From the NCBI RefSeq assembly GCF_006345805.1, contig NC_043010.1:7068001-7132000 (forward strand): 64,000 nt of DNA, given 5' to 3'. Shown here piece after piece: positions 27,306-39,648 of the stretch. The translations under genes were made by a program, and so were the position numbers. The notes under the pieces are model-generated. The model did not search any database. It was not told the origin of the DNA and saw only the letters and a list, made by a program, of their open reading frames with translations. The DNA is from Octopus sinensis (Eukaryota). Positions within the stretch are counted from its first letter, which is position 1; the number at the start of each line of letters is the position of its first letter.

Positions 27306-27557
27306 CTTTGGTAAAGCTGGAAATAGTTTTTATGAGATGAGGAACTGTTCTTCATTGGTAGATTCCAAAAGTTTGATACTGAGTTAGAATTACCATTGTT
27401 CTCTTGTAATAATTTATAGTCAATCACACCATTGCAGTGAGAGTTCTCATCAATATCAGTCGAATGATTATTTTGGACAGAAAAAGGAAAATTCACAGAA
27501 TTTAGTAGATCTTATTGCTCACTTTTAGCAGCTATTGGTCTTGGAAGGTATTGCAAC
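27306..27557 (-). CDS. Probable protocadherin exon 3 (short coding part GCNTFQDQ*, stop 27534-27532; remainder looks like a decayed frame)
   Basis: Strong acceptor ttttttttctcaattttttccag|G at 27557 and AAAG|GTACTA donor after 27306. Non-repetitive, coding-like sequence. Confidence 0.5.
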
Positions 27558-28071
27558 CTGGAAAAAATTGAGAAAAAAAATTACAGAGGACTATTCTACC
27601 TTGAGTAAATAGAATTTCAGGCATGGCAATTATTTTTTTTCAAAAATCAATTGTTCTTACTATCCAATCTAGCCACTATTCATTGAGTGTGGGAGCATTT
27701 ATGGACTAGATTTAGAATACGTTAAGAGAAAAAGATATTGCCAAAGTGAAGCATAAGTTAAGGAGTTTTAATCTGTTTGTAACATTTTTCATTGTTTCAC
27801 TACTTAAAAGTATAAGATTAAAAGAGCAGAAAACCCTACTTCTAGGTAAGATATAAATATATATATAAAATTTAAATTCAACTTATTTTGTAAGTCAATA
27901 AACAAAGTTTGCTTTAGAAGATTTGGGATGTATTGAAAGGTCAGCTGACAGATTTTCTGCAAAATATGGATAGTTTATCCTGTTCATGCTATATTATTAG
28001 TATTCTCCGGCGTTTGAGAATAAAATTATTTCCTTATCTGTATCTTTCATATATATATATAAATATATATA

Positions 28072-28118
<47 letters not shown>

Positions 28119-28423
28119 ATATATATGTAAATATATATTATTTACATGCACATTGTATTATATTTTATACGTACATATATACATATGCATGTATACATAA
28201 TGTATATAAGATGTGAAAACATCAGTGATTACCAACTGATACTTATGCACAGAAACATTTATAGTGATTTGGATTCAAACCTTGCCTGGACTTGTGCCTC
28301 AGAGGGGAACTTTCTATGCACAATCCTATAGTCATTCACGACTGAAGGGGGTCTTTACTCTTTATATATATATATATACATACATATATATTTTGTGTAT
28401 ATATATATATATATATATATACA

Positions 28424-28815
28424 TGCAGGAGTGGCTGTGTGGTAAGTAGCTTGCTAACCAGCCACATGGTTCCGGGTTCAGTCCCACTGCGTGGCATCTT
28501 GGGCAAGTGTCTTCTGCTATAGCCCCGGGCCGACCAATGCCTTGTGAGTGAATTTGGTAGATGGAAACTGAAAGAAGCCTGTCGTATATATGTGTATGTG
28601 TGTGTTTGTGTGTCTGTGTTTGTCCCTCTAGCATTGCTTGACAACCGATGCTGGTGTGTTTACGTCCCCGTCTCTTAGCGGCTCAGCAAAAGAGACCGAT
28701 AGAATAAGTACTGGGCTTACAAAGAATAAGTCCCGGGGTCGATTTGCTCGACTAAAGGCGGTGCTCCAGCATGGCCGCAGTCAAATGACTGAAACAAGTA
28801 AAAGAGTAAAAGAGT
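28424..28815 (+). mobile_element. SINE family A
   Basis: Full-length copy. Confidence 0.92.
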
Positions 28816-28867
<52 letters not shown>

Positions 28868-29500
28868 ATATATATATAAGCATATGAAAAATATGACAAG
28901 CAGAAATTACTGTCGATACCATTTCTTCCCTACATCATATGTTACATCATCGTGTCTATTGCATTCTTTTGCAGTGGGTGTTCATAGTGCAATTAGATTC
29001 TGATTCACAACAGTCCTTTGATGAAACAATTTATTATATTATGCTTGCACACATATCATCTTCTTCTGATCTGAGAAAACATTATGAAATAAAGTGTTTC
29101 TCTGAAAAAAAAAACTGATGTAGATCAGCATCCAATTACACTATTAACACCCACTGCAGAGGATGCAAAATAGCCACAATGGTTAAATTTGCAGTGGGAA
29201 TAAATGGTATAAATTGCATCTTGTTTTTATACTTTTTCCTCTCTTTGCTCTGAGTGTTATAACTGGTAATACTGCTAAGAACAACAGTGACTGCACCATT
29301 TTACTGAAACTAGACCTTATGAGGATACTCAACAGGGGGTCTAAATCCACCAGTAGCAGTTATACATATAACTGTATACACAGAAAGCATGATGTATATA
29401 TTATTCAAAAATTAATATAAATATCATTATTCAAAGAATAATATTTATATATATATATATACACACACACAACATATATATTGATATAGATTCATACAGG

Positions 29501-29532
<32 letters not shown>

Positions 29533-29575
29533 AGATATAATATATATATATATATATATATATACATAATATATA

Positions 29576-29611
<36 letters not shown>

Positions 29612-29615
<4 letters not shown>

Positions 29616-29867
29616 CATAAGGGACTAAAGCCATCTGAATATGGCCAGGGACAGGGCAGGGGGGGGGGTGTTACTGTTGCATTTATCCCCAGGCGAACAT
29701 CAACGACGCCAGATAGGCTTGACACCATCACAGCGTCCTCTATCCGTGATGGTGTCAAGCCTATCTGGCGTCGTTGATGTTCACCTGGGGCTAAATGCAA
29801 CAGTAACACCCCCACCACCCTGCCCTGTCCTTAGCCATATTCAGATGGCTTTAGTCCCTTATGTTAT
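29612..29867. mobile_element. Near-perfect palindrome (MITE/foldback-like)
   Basis: About 120-bp arms around a 14-nt loop (29732-29745); abuts a (TA)n tract; TA at both ends. Confidence 0.75.
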
Positions 29868-29919
29868 GGAGCAGTTACTGTCTATATCTCATTTAGAGAA
29901 TTATATATAATATAATATA

Positions 29920-29951
<32 letters not shown>

Positions 29952-30014
29952 CATACATACAATTATATATATATATATATATATAAATATATGTATATAT
30001 ATGTATATATATAT

Positions 30015-30054
<40 letters not shown>

Positions 30055-30230
30055 TATCAAAAATTATTTTTGAATAACATATGTAAATCCTAATAAATGT
30101 TTTGAGTATCCTTCTTTCATTTGTCCTCTCACTCATACAAACACACTCATGCACACACACACACACATACACACACACACACACACATGCTATCTGTATA
30201 CACAGGAAATATATATATATATATATGAAT

Positions 30231-30588
30231 TATAGTACAAGAGGATGGCATGAACAGGCTTCAATCCAAATCCCTACAATTGTTTCCTACTGAATTAGTA
30301 CCAGTTGGTAGCTACCGAGTGTTTCACTTATCATACACATTATTGCCTTAACAGACCCAGCAAAAGCTGTGTACCTGCACGTCTTCAGGTGAGCAGGTTC
30401 GAGAGTGCCCAGAAGTGCTCTTGAATCCATTCACCAAAATACATGCAGGCAAAGAGATATTGTTGGATCTTATTCATGCAACAAAGTGTATAGCATGTGA
30501 AACACTCAACAATTGCCAGCTGATACTAATGGAAAGAAACGGTTGTAGTGATTTGGGTTGAAGCCTGTTCATTCCATCTTGTATTATA
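30231..30588. repeat. Old imperfect inverted-repeat element
   Basis: About 105-bp diverged arms (30231-30338 / 30486-30588), both containing GTGAAACACTC; TA tract on the left. Confidence 0.6.
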
Positions 30589-30637
30589 TTGTTTTGTATG
30601 AATTCTGTAGATATTAATGGATTTCTACATACCTATT

Positions 30638-30858
30638 TCTTTATTACCCACAAGGGGCTAAACACAGAGGGGACAAACAAGGACAGACATAGGTAGTAAG
30701 TCGATTACATCGACTCCAGCGCGTAACTGGTACTTAATTTATCGACCCTGAAAGGATGAAAGGCAAAGTCGACCTTGGCAGAATTTGAACTCAGAACGTT
30801 ACGGCAGACAAAATACCGCTAAGTATTTCGCCCGGTGTGCTAACGTTTCTGCCAGCTC
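30638..30858 (-). mobile_element. SINE family B
   Basis: Reverse copy. Confidence 0.88.
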
Positions 30859-30997
30859 ATCCCCATGGAGGAGCTTTGTAAAGCATGCTTTAGGATTATT
30901 ATCTAAATGATGTTATTATATATATATATTAGTCACTTTCCTATTCCCAATAATAATATATATATATGTGGGTGTGTATGTATATATATATATATAC

Positions 30998-31041
<44 letters not shown>

Positions 31042-31766
31042 TATATATATATAATATATATATATGTATATATATATATCTAATATGTATTTATACTATT
31101 GGCAATTGGAATGTGACTAAAAGATATATATATATATATCTTTTTATATTTGCAGTGAACAGATAGTGGCAAAATCACAAGGAAATGATAACTGATGTAA
31201 CGTGTCAAACCATTCCAACAAAACAAATATAGTAGCAAATGAGAAGTAATAGAAAAAAACAGATGTATGAATATTTCAGACCATTATTTTCTCATAAATT
31301 GACAGCATGGCTGTACTAATTCATTCATTGATTTTGTAGTGATGCTATGAACACATGGGTGAGGTATAGAATAATTGCGGCGTGGATGGTGGGTGGGTGT
31401 AATGATGTGTTGGGGGTGATTGTTGACTAATTGTAATTTTGAACAAAATCTTTCTTTGCCAAAAGTAATTTTCTCTGGAACAGCCTCATTATTCACAACC
31501 GTCATTTCTAATACCAAGCCATACTAGCAAGCCTCTGCGTGGTCATTTGATCCATTAGAAACAGTAATGAAGTTTCCTTTAAATCATATCCTGCCCTTTT
31601 CAAAATGGTATTAATGACTAGATTGGATAATTTAGTGTTATTTGTAAGATGATACTTGTTAGAAATGCACTTGGTAAAAACAAAAAAAAAAGAAAAGAAA
31701 AGAACAAAATGGGTAATACTGGAATGCATTTGATTATAGGAAAAAAACAAACAAAAAAAAAACAAT

Positions 31767-32170
31767 GTGCAGGAGTGGCTGTGTGGGTAAGTAGCTTGCT
31801 AACAAGCCACATGGTTCCGGGTTCAGTCCCACTGCGTGGCAGCTTGGGCAAGTGTCTTCTGCTATAGCCCCGGGCCGACCAATGCCTTGTGAGTGGATTT
31901 GGTAAACGGAAACTGAAAGAAGCCTGTCGTATATATGTGAATATATATATATATGTGTGTGTGTGTTTGTGAATCTGTGTTTGTCCCCCTAGCATTGCTT
32001 GACAACCGATGCTGGTGTGTTTACGTAGCGGTTCGGCAAAAAGAGACCGATAGGATAAGTACTGGGCTTACAAAGAATAAGTCCCGGGGTCGATTTGCTT
32101 GACTAAAGGCAGTGCTCCAGCATGGCCACAGTCAAATGACTGAAACAAGTAAAAGAGAGAAAAGAGAGTA
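31767..32170 (+). mobile_element. SINE family A
   Basis: Full-length copy. Confidence 0.92.
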
Positions 32171-32289
32171 ATGGCAACAATAACCTGTGGAGGTCATGGT
32201 TGGGCTATCAATGTAAAAAGACTTGCCAGAAATCAATGTTCTGGTAGATTTTACACGTCTACAAACTAATTTATTTAAAAATTAAATGG

Positions 32290-32478
32290 GTGCAGGTATG
32301 GCTGTGTGGCTAAGATGCTGTCTCTGCAACCATATGGTTTCAGGTTCAGTCCTACTGTGTGGCACTTTGGGTAAGTGTCGTGGTTCTACTGTAACCTTGT
32401 GTTGACCAATGCCTCGCAAGGGAATTTGGTATGTGGAACCGTATGGAAGCCTATCATAATGTATAAATGTGTGTGTGT

Positions 32479-32519
<41 letters not shown>

Positions 32520-32732
32520 TGTTTCTTTCTATCTATGTTTGTCCCCCCATCACCATTTGATAACTGGTTTCCATTTGTTTACATCCCCATAGCTTAACAG
32601 TTCAGCAAATGGGACTGACAGAATTAGTACCAGACTTTAAAAGATAAGTAGGGGTCAATTTCTTAGACTAGACTCTTTAAGGTTGTGCTCCAGTATGGCC
32701 GCTGACCAATGAATAAAACAAATAAAAAGTAA
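32290..32732 (+). mobile_element. Older diverged SINE A-related copy
   Basis: gcaggtatggctgtgtgg head with the same block order. Confidence 0.75.
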
Positions 32733-33077
32733 AAAACAACTAGAATTTCCTATTCTTACCCACCGTCTAGAGGTAGCACGTTTAACACTTTGGAGATGGA
32801 ACCTCATTTGGAACTTTAGGCCAAGAAGATGGGGGCCTTTCCACAAGCCCTACACAGGGTGTGCACTTATTTTACATAAGAGCTTATAGAAAATTAAGTA
32901 ATTATTTTACATATATAAATTCATATGTATTCTTGTAGCAAATTGAATGAACTAATCAATCTTTGTCATTTGACTTTTTGGCTGATGGATCAGCCCCGTC
33001 ACTTCCTAAGGGTTGAGATGGAAAATATTTCACAGTTTATCACAACTTTCCTGATATTAAACTGCCGAGAAGCTCCA

Positions 33078-33217
33078 TTTCTCTCTCTCCCTCTCTCTCT
33101 CTTTCTTTCTCCTTCTCTCTCTCTCTCTCTTTCTCTTTCTTTCTCCTTCTCTCTCTCTCTCTTTCTCCTTCTCTCTCCTTCTCTCTCTCTCTCTTTCTCC
33201 TTCTCTCTTCTTCTCTC
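33078..33217. repeat. (CT)n polypyrimidine tract
   Basis: Direct inspection. Confidence 0.92.
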
Positions 33218-33718
33218 ATAGCCAGCTAGCTTTATTTACTGCCAGAACATAAATGTTTTTTTACAGCTTTAATTTGATGTCCTTTGCTTTCTGTTTCCTC
33301 CCACTTCCTTGCTTTCATTTTCCTTTTCCTTTTCTTTTCTCTCTCCATATCTCACTGTCCTTTTCTTCCCTTTCTTACACTTCAACTTATTCAAGGATTT
33401 TCTGCAGATGCTGTACTTATTTCAACCTGTCCCCAGTCTAGGCTTTACCACTTATTTCAACCCCCATTTACATATGACATTGCTATGCTACTCAGCTGTA
33501 CATTCAATGAGGGTTGTAAAATAAACTAATGTGAAGCCACCTTAAGAACTAAGACTGGATTTATTTGGGAAACAAGAAGGAAGATTGATCCATAAAAGAA
33601 TATCCGTCATATGGATTGCAGTTTTCTTCCACTAAAGTCAAAAACTGCAATCCACCGAAAATTTATTAGTTTATCCAGTACTATCAAAGGTTCAGTAGAG
33701 GGCTATAGTTCATAATAT

Positions 33719-33950
33719 AAGGTGGCAAGCTGGCAGAAACACTAGCACACTGGGCGAAATGCATAGATGTATTTCGTCTGCCGTTACATTCTGAGTTCAA
33801 ATTCTGCCAAGGTCGACTTTGCCTTTCATCCTTTTGGGGTTGATAAATTAAGTACCAGTTACGCACTGGGGTCGATGTAATTAACTTAATCCATTTGTCT
33901 GTTCTTGTTTGTCCCCTCTGTGTTTAGCCCCTTGTGGTAGTAAAGAAATA
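33719..33950 (+). mobile_element. SINE family B
   Basis: Full copy. Confidence 0.88.
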
Positions 33951-35138
33951 TATAGTTCATTATAGAACCTTAGTTGTAGCAAAGTGGACTGGGTCATCAG
34001 AATTTTGATATTTTCTACCATATGGTAGCCCACACAGGAAAATATCAACTGATAAGAACCTTTACAATCCAGCCAAATGGTGCAATTCGTTTTATGGAGA
34101 AATGACTCAAGGTCTTTCAGAGATGAGCAGAATAACAGATAATACAGCTTAATGGTTGGCAGTTTGGAAAAAGAACCAACTGAGCAATGATCAATAGTGA
34201 AACTTGCAAGTTTTTGGAGGATGAAATACAATGGCATTGACCTGGGTCACCAAGTTCCAGAAGTGAACCATTGTTGACCTTTACTACAAGGAACTGTGCA
34301 TACTTGGTTCTGTGTATGTGCACTTGAGATATGGGAACTGAATTAACTAATTTTTTATTGTGGAGTACTTTCCAGAATTCTTCACATTTTATATGATGTA
34401 TTCTGCACATTTTTCTCTTACTGGCTAATAGAAAGAGTTTGCAAGAACTGATTTGCATATGATTAGTGTGTTACATCATCAGCATGTTGGACTGCATAAA
34501 TTTAATCAGTACACAAAATGTTAATGCCTATAGAACTGACAATCATAGAAATCACTCATTCACCCGAAAGATCCGGTGTTGTCTTATGCTGGACATCTCA
34601 AAATAGTCATAATCACATTGGTTGTCAAGTGCAGAAATATTGAGATCGATGACCATGGATGTCACAGTGAAAGAGTCATCACATGTCACAGAAGACAGAA
34701 ATGGGCAGGAAATGATAATGAAATTTTAGAATTGTTATATTTTGGTTTTTATTTATTTTAGAATGATTTATAAAGGGTTTCCCCTCTTATTAATTCAAAT
34801 TTATAACCTGGATTTGAATGTAGACATTGAAAGTTTTATTACATTTAACTCTCAGAACTATCAAAAGTAATACTCAAAGAGAAAATATTTTAAATTTTGA
34901 CATCTCACAGCTTAAGGTGTTCAAACTATATCTCTTAAATTATAGACAATTGATATTCTCCCATTAAAGAAAATAAATGAATGGTGATGGAGTGTAAACA
35001 CATTATGATTTTAAAATAATTAAAAAAGAAAAAGAATTGCAGAATGTAAAAGAGACAAAGTACTTGAATTAGAATAACAGTAGGGAGGAGAAAAAGGTTT
35101 TTGGCATCAAAAGAAAACTGATCCATAATTTTTAAAAA

Positions 35139-35312
35139 CAGGCGCAGGAGTGGCTGTGTGGTAAGTAGCTTGCTAACCAACCACATGGTTCCGGGTTCAG
35201 TCCCACTGCATGGCATCTTGGGCAAGTGTCTTCTGCTATAGCACCGGGCTGACCAATGCCTTGTGAGTGGATTTGGTAGACGGAAACTGAAGAAGCCTGT
35301 CGTATATATGTG

Positions 35313-35343
<31 letters not shown>

Positions 35344-35562
35344 TTGTGTGTCTGTGTTTGTCCTCCTAGCATTGCTTGACAACCGATGCTGGTGTGTTTA
35401 CGTCCCCGTCACTTAGCGGTTCAGCAAAAGAGACCGATAGAATAAGTACTGGGCTTACAAAAGAATAAGTCCCGGGGTCGATTTGCTCGACTAAAGGCGG
35501 TGCTCCAGCATGGCCGCAGTCAAATGACTGAAACAAGTAAAAGAGAGTAAAAGAAAAAAGAG
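35139..35562 (+). mobile_element. SINE family A
   Basis: Full-length copy. Confidence 0.92.
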
Positions 35563-36010
35563 AGTTGTTGCATGGAATAGTGGTAAGAATAGTTGTTTTG
35601 TGGATGTTACTGGTCCATGGCTTCACCCTGACCATATAGAGCAATGGCCAAAGACCTTCTAGACATGTCTATCTCATTGTAATCTATATTCAGGACTGTA
35701 TTGTCCAATGTGATTTTCTGTGTTTCATGCAAGCAGAATTTGATTTGAGGGAAATTTGACTACTGATTCTTGGTGGTCAAGTTAATATGTATAGATGGTT
35801 CAGGACAGTGGGAATGTTAATGATTCTGATAAGTGAATGTTCAGAAAGTGTAACAAGAAATGATGAATGCTTGGAAGGGAAGTAATTCAAATGGAAGTAA
35901 GCAGAAAAATAAAAAGGCATAGCAGGAAAAATTGAAAAGAAGGGTGGTTAAAAATTACTGAGTGTGCAGTATAATTTAAATTGAGAGAGATACTGAAGAA
36001 ATGTGAATAA

Positions 36011-36427
36011 TAGGCGCAGGAGTGGCTGTGTGGTAAGTAGCTTGCTAACCAACCACATGGTTCCGGGTTCAGTCCCACTGCATGGCATCTTGGGCAAGTG
36101 TCTTCTGCTATAGCCCTGGGCCGACCAATGCCTTGTGAGTGGATTTGGTAGACAGAAACTGAAAGAAGCCTGTCGTATATATGTGTATATATATATATAT
36201 ATGTGTGTGTTTGTGTGTCTGTGTTTGTATCCCTAGCATTGCTTGACAACCGATGCTGGTGTGTTTACGTCCCCGTCACTTAGCTGTTCGGCAAAAGAGA
36301 CCGATAGAATAAGTACTGGCTTACAAAGAATAAGTCCCGGGGTTGATTTGATCAACTTAAGGTGGTGCTCCAGCATGGCCGCAGTCAAATGACTGAAACA
36401 AGTAAAAGAGTAAAGAGTAAAGAGTAA
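36011..36427 (+). mobile_element. SINE family A
   Basis: Full-length copy. Confidence 0.92.
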
Positions 36428-37047
36428 TATGCTGGAGTTATCATGAAAAAAGGTCAAAGAGGATTCATTCAATATGAAATAAACAGTGCACTCTAAGTAT
36501 AAACTAAACATCTGTAATTAACTGTCTGTGGACTTTATTTTTATTTTCATCTTTTTTAATGATCCAGAAAATAATAATTATTTTGGTATTCTGAAAAACT
36601 GATTTATAAAGGGATTTGTAAGCTGGATTTGAAAAAAATATATCAAAAGTTTTATTAAAATGAATTCTTAAAAATGTGTCAGAAAGTTTGTCAATAGCCA
36701 GCTAGCTGGAGGAGGTGTCCTCCTGGGGCTACAAGCTACAGTAGCACCCACCCTTAGGGGTTAGCCACATTTAAGTGGCAAATATACTTCACGATGTCGT
36801 GCAGCTACTGTCTATACCTCACTCAGAGATTTATAATTCTTAAAACTGTTAAAATTAATATCGGTTTCAAATTTTGGTACAAGGCCAGCGGTTATGGGAG
36901 AAGGGGTAAATCGATTACATTGATCCCAGTTCTCAACTGGTGTTTATTTTTATCTATCTCAAAAGGATAAAAGCAAAGTCAACCTGTGCAGTATTTGAAT
37001 TTAGAACGTTAAGTCAGGAGAGATGTTGCTAAACATTTCGTTCGGTA

Positions 37048-37652
37048 TACTCTCTTTTACTTATTTCAGTCATTTGACTGTGGCCATGCTAAAGCACCGG
37101 CTTTAGTTGAGCAAATCGAGCCCAGGACTTATTCTTGTAAGCCTAGTACTTATTCTATCGGTCTTTTTTTCCCAAACTGCTAAGTTATGGGGACGTAAAC
37201 ACACCAGCATTGGTTGTCAAGCGATATTGTGGGGACAAACACAGAAACACAAACATATACACACACACATACATGCATACATATATATATATATATATAT
37301 GTGACTGCGTGTGTACCGTTGTCGATTTTTTTCCTCTGTCTTCCCTTCTCTGGATCTTTCCTTCTCCTATGTTTCCGATGAAGAGCTCCGCTCGAAACGT
37401 TAAACCCTCCTTCTTTCCTGAGCGTCCAATAATACTATATTTGTTCCATGTCCTCACATTGTTGTGTTTTTTTGTGCTTTCATGTTTGGATTAACTATAA
37501 ATATATATACTTACACATATATACGACAGGCTTCTTTCAGTTTCAGTCTACCAAATTCACTCACAAGGCTTTGGTCGGCCCAAGGCTATATTAGAAGACA
37601 CTTGCCCAAGGTGCCATGTAGTGGGACTGAACCTGGAACCATGTGGTTGGTA
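37048..37652 (-). mobile_element. SINE family A, interrupted by the hammerhead element
   Basis: SINE halves flank 37301-37496. Confidence 0.88.
37301..37496 (+). mobile_element. Hammerhead-bearing short element inserted in the (TA)n tract of a SINE
   Basis: GTTT-CCGATGA-A-GAGC(TCC)GCTC-GAAA-CG-T-T-AAAC at 37371-37405; splits the host SINE's internal microsatellite. Confidence 0.7.
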
Positions 37653-38523
37653 ATGCCACCTTAGTATCAAAAGTAATATTCTAAAATAAAATATTTCAGA
37701 TTTTGGCATCTCTCAGCTTAGGATATTTAAACAATATCCCTTAAATCATAGACTGAGTTTCATAAACAAAATGTTTATATTATGGAGAATGACATGGTAT
37801 GTTTAACACATTTCAAAAATAAATTAGATGCCAATTACCATTTGTAATGAAGAAAAGCATGCAGAAGGTTATTTAGTCATAAGATATGTGTTGCAATGGC
37901 ATAATGCAAAGTTTAAATGTGTATGTGGATAGCTATTGTGGATAAAGAATCTTCTTTCTGGGTCGATAAATTAAGTACCAGTTATGCACTGGGGTCGATG
38001 TAATCGACTTAATCCCTTTATCTGTCCTTGTTTGTCTCCTCTATGTTTAGCCCCTTGTGGGCATTAAAGAAATAAGAGTTTTAACAATACTGAAGAGTTC
38101 TTTGTCCTTGCCAAAATGAACCCAATTTAATTAAAAGGTATTTTATATTCTTAAACACATTAAGGTGTAACAAATCCATTTCTTTTCCTATTTTTATGAT
38201 ATATGTGGGACACCTGATCATTAGCATCTCTTAGTATGTATCATTTTGATCAGTTTTAAGTGGAAAATCCTGACCATGAGGTCACACCACATTTGCAAAT
38301 GCATGTTTGCTTATGGAAGGATCTTTTTTTGAATTTATTTTCATCTGAAATTATTGGTGAAAGCAATGGAGATTTGTGGGTGGCTGAAATGGTGAACATA
38401 TATCAGTTCATTCAGCATTTGTTCAGGCATTTATCAAGAGCTACTAGTAAAACTAGGAGGAATAATGTAATGAACAGTAGGTGCATGCATACATATGGAT
38501 GTGTGTGTGTGTGAATTCTTATG

Positions 38524-38578
<55 letters not shown>

Positions 38579-38716
38579 CAGAGATGTACTCGCATAGCAA
38601 GTAATTTGATCTGAGATCGTGTGCTGAAATGAAAACAATTGCAGTGTGGAAGGTGTTTATAAGCCATTTAAGAAACACACAAAAGCCGTTCGATTCACTT
38701 CAACATTTACGTTTAA

Positions 38717-38766
38717 TTTGTCAAAATATTTTCGTCGCTAAAATCCGCGACCTGTTCACTGACAAA
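38717..38766 (-). ncRNA. Mirror copy of the G3:C8 hammerhead motif
   Basis: Exact reverse complement of 38791-38840. Confidence 0.7.
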
Positions 38767-38790
38767 ATCCGTGCTGCATCCGAGATGCAT

Positions 38791-38840
38791 TTTGTCAGTG
38801 AACAGGTCGCGGATTTTAGCGACGAAAATATTTTGACAAA
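38791..38840 (+). ncRNA. Minimal type-I hammerhead ribozyme motif, G3:C8 core variant
   Basis: TTTGTCA-GTGAACA-G-GTCGC(GGATTTTA)GCGAC-GAAA-ATAT-T-T-TGACAAA: 7-bp stem I, 5-bp stem II, palindromic stem III AATATT. Confidence 0.7.
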
Positions 38841-38954
38841 TTAAACTTAAATGTTGAAGTGAATCGAACGGCTTTTGTGTGTTTCTTAAATGGCTTATAA
38901 ACACCTTCCACGCTGCAATTGTTATATATATATAAACTCATACATACATAATCA

Positions 38955-39145
38955 TCCTCATCATCATCATTTAACGTCCGCTTTCCATGCTAGCATGGGT
39001 TGGACGATTTGACTGAGGTCTGGTGAACCAGACTCCAATCTGATCTGACAGTTTCTACAGCTGGATGCCCTTCCTAACGCCAACCACTCCGAGAGTGTAG
39101 TGGGTGCTTTTATGTGCCAGTCAGGCGGTACTGGCAATGACCTCG
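38955..39145 (-). mobile_element. RTE-type 3' end
   Basis: Same tail, reverse orientation. Confidence 0.75.
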
Positions 39146-39427
39146 CTTTGGAAATTTAGAAACAGGTTTACTTTACTCCATTCAAGGATTTGCGCTTGCA
39201 ATGTTTTTCTGTCTGTGCCAGTATAATTCACTTCATGAAAATATTGCGGCATCATAAGCTTCTGTCCAACTATGGATGAAGCAATAAAGTTAGTTAATCA
39301 ATGCTGTTGGAAGGGTTTATACTGTACACTCTAATCAATATAACTGCTTCTGTATATGACTTCTCCACGAAGATGTAAAGTCAGTTACTAGAAACGTTTG
39401 CGCCACCTGCGTAGAGGTATGCTTTAA

Positions 39428-39648
39428 CCCTTTTGTTACTAACCTGGCTAAAACCGGCGCTGGTTCTGAGTACAAATGTCTTGTTTTCATAAGTTTTCAA
39501 TTAAAATCTTCCACCAAACCTTAGTCACAATTTATATTCCTAACACTAGCTGAATGGTAACCAAGTTATTTTACTAAATTCTTTGTTATATTTAAAATTA
39601 ATTGAAAGAAACACAGAGCATCTCAAAATAAATACAGTAATGAAAGGG
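39428..39648. mobile_element. TTAA MITE type 1 (empty internal site)
   Basis: CCCTTTTGTTAC...GTAATGAAAGGG; single TTAA at 39592-39595. Confidence 0.85.

Larger units (their letters stand above)
38582..38923. mobile_element. Non-autonomous palindromic hammerhead element (Penelope-like pLTR derivative, inferred) in a (TA)n tract
   Basis: 135-bp inverted arms (38634-38768 / 38789-38923, 2 mismatches), an unmirrored 5' extension, and (TA)n on both sides. Confidence 0.75.

Noticed and set aside
27512-27514. A-to-I recoding of in-frame stops (UAA here, UAG at 31.5 kb) to Trp
   Set aside because: Would need double editing plus correction of a phase mismatch; no sequence evidence.
33881-34458. 118-aa and 113-aa ORFs, coding-like composition
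   Set aside because: No recognisable motif in any frame and many stops; cannot be supported without a search.
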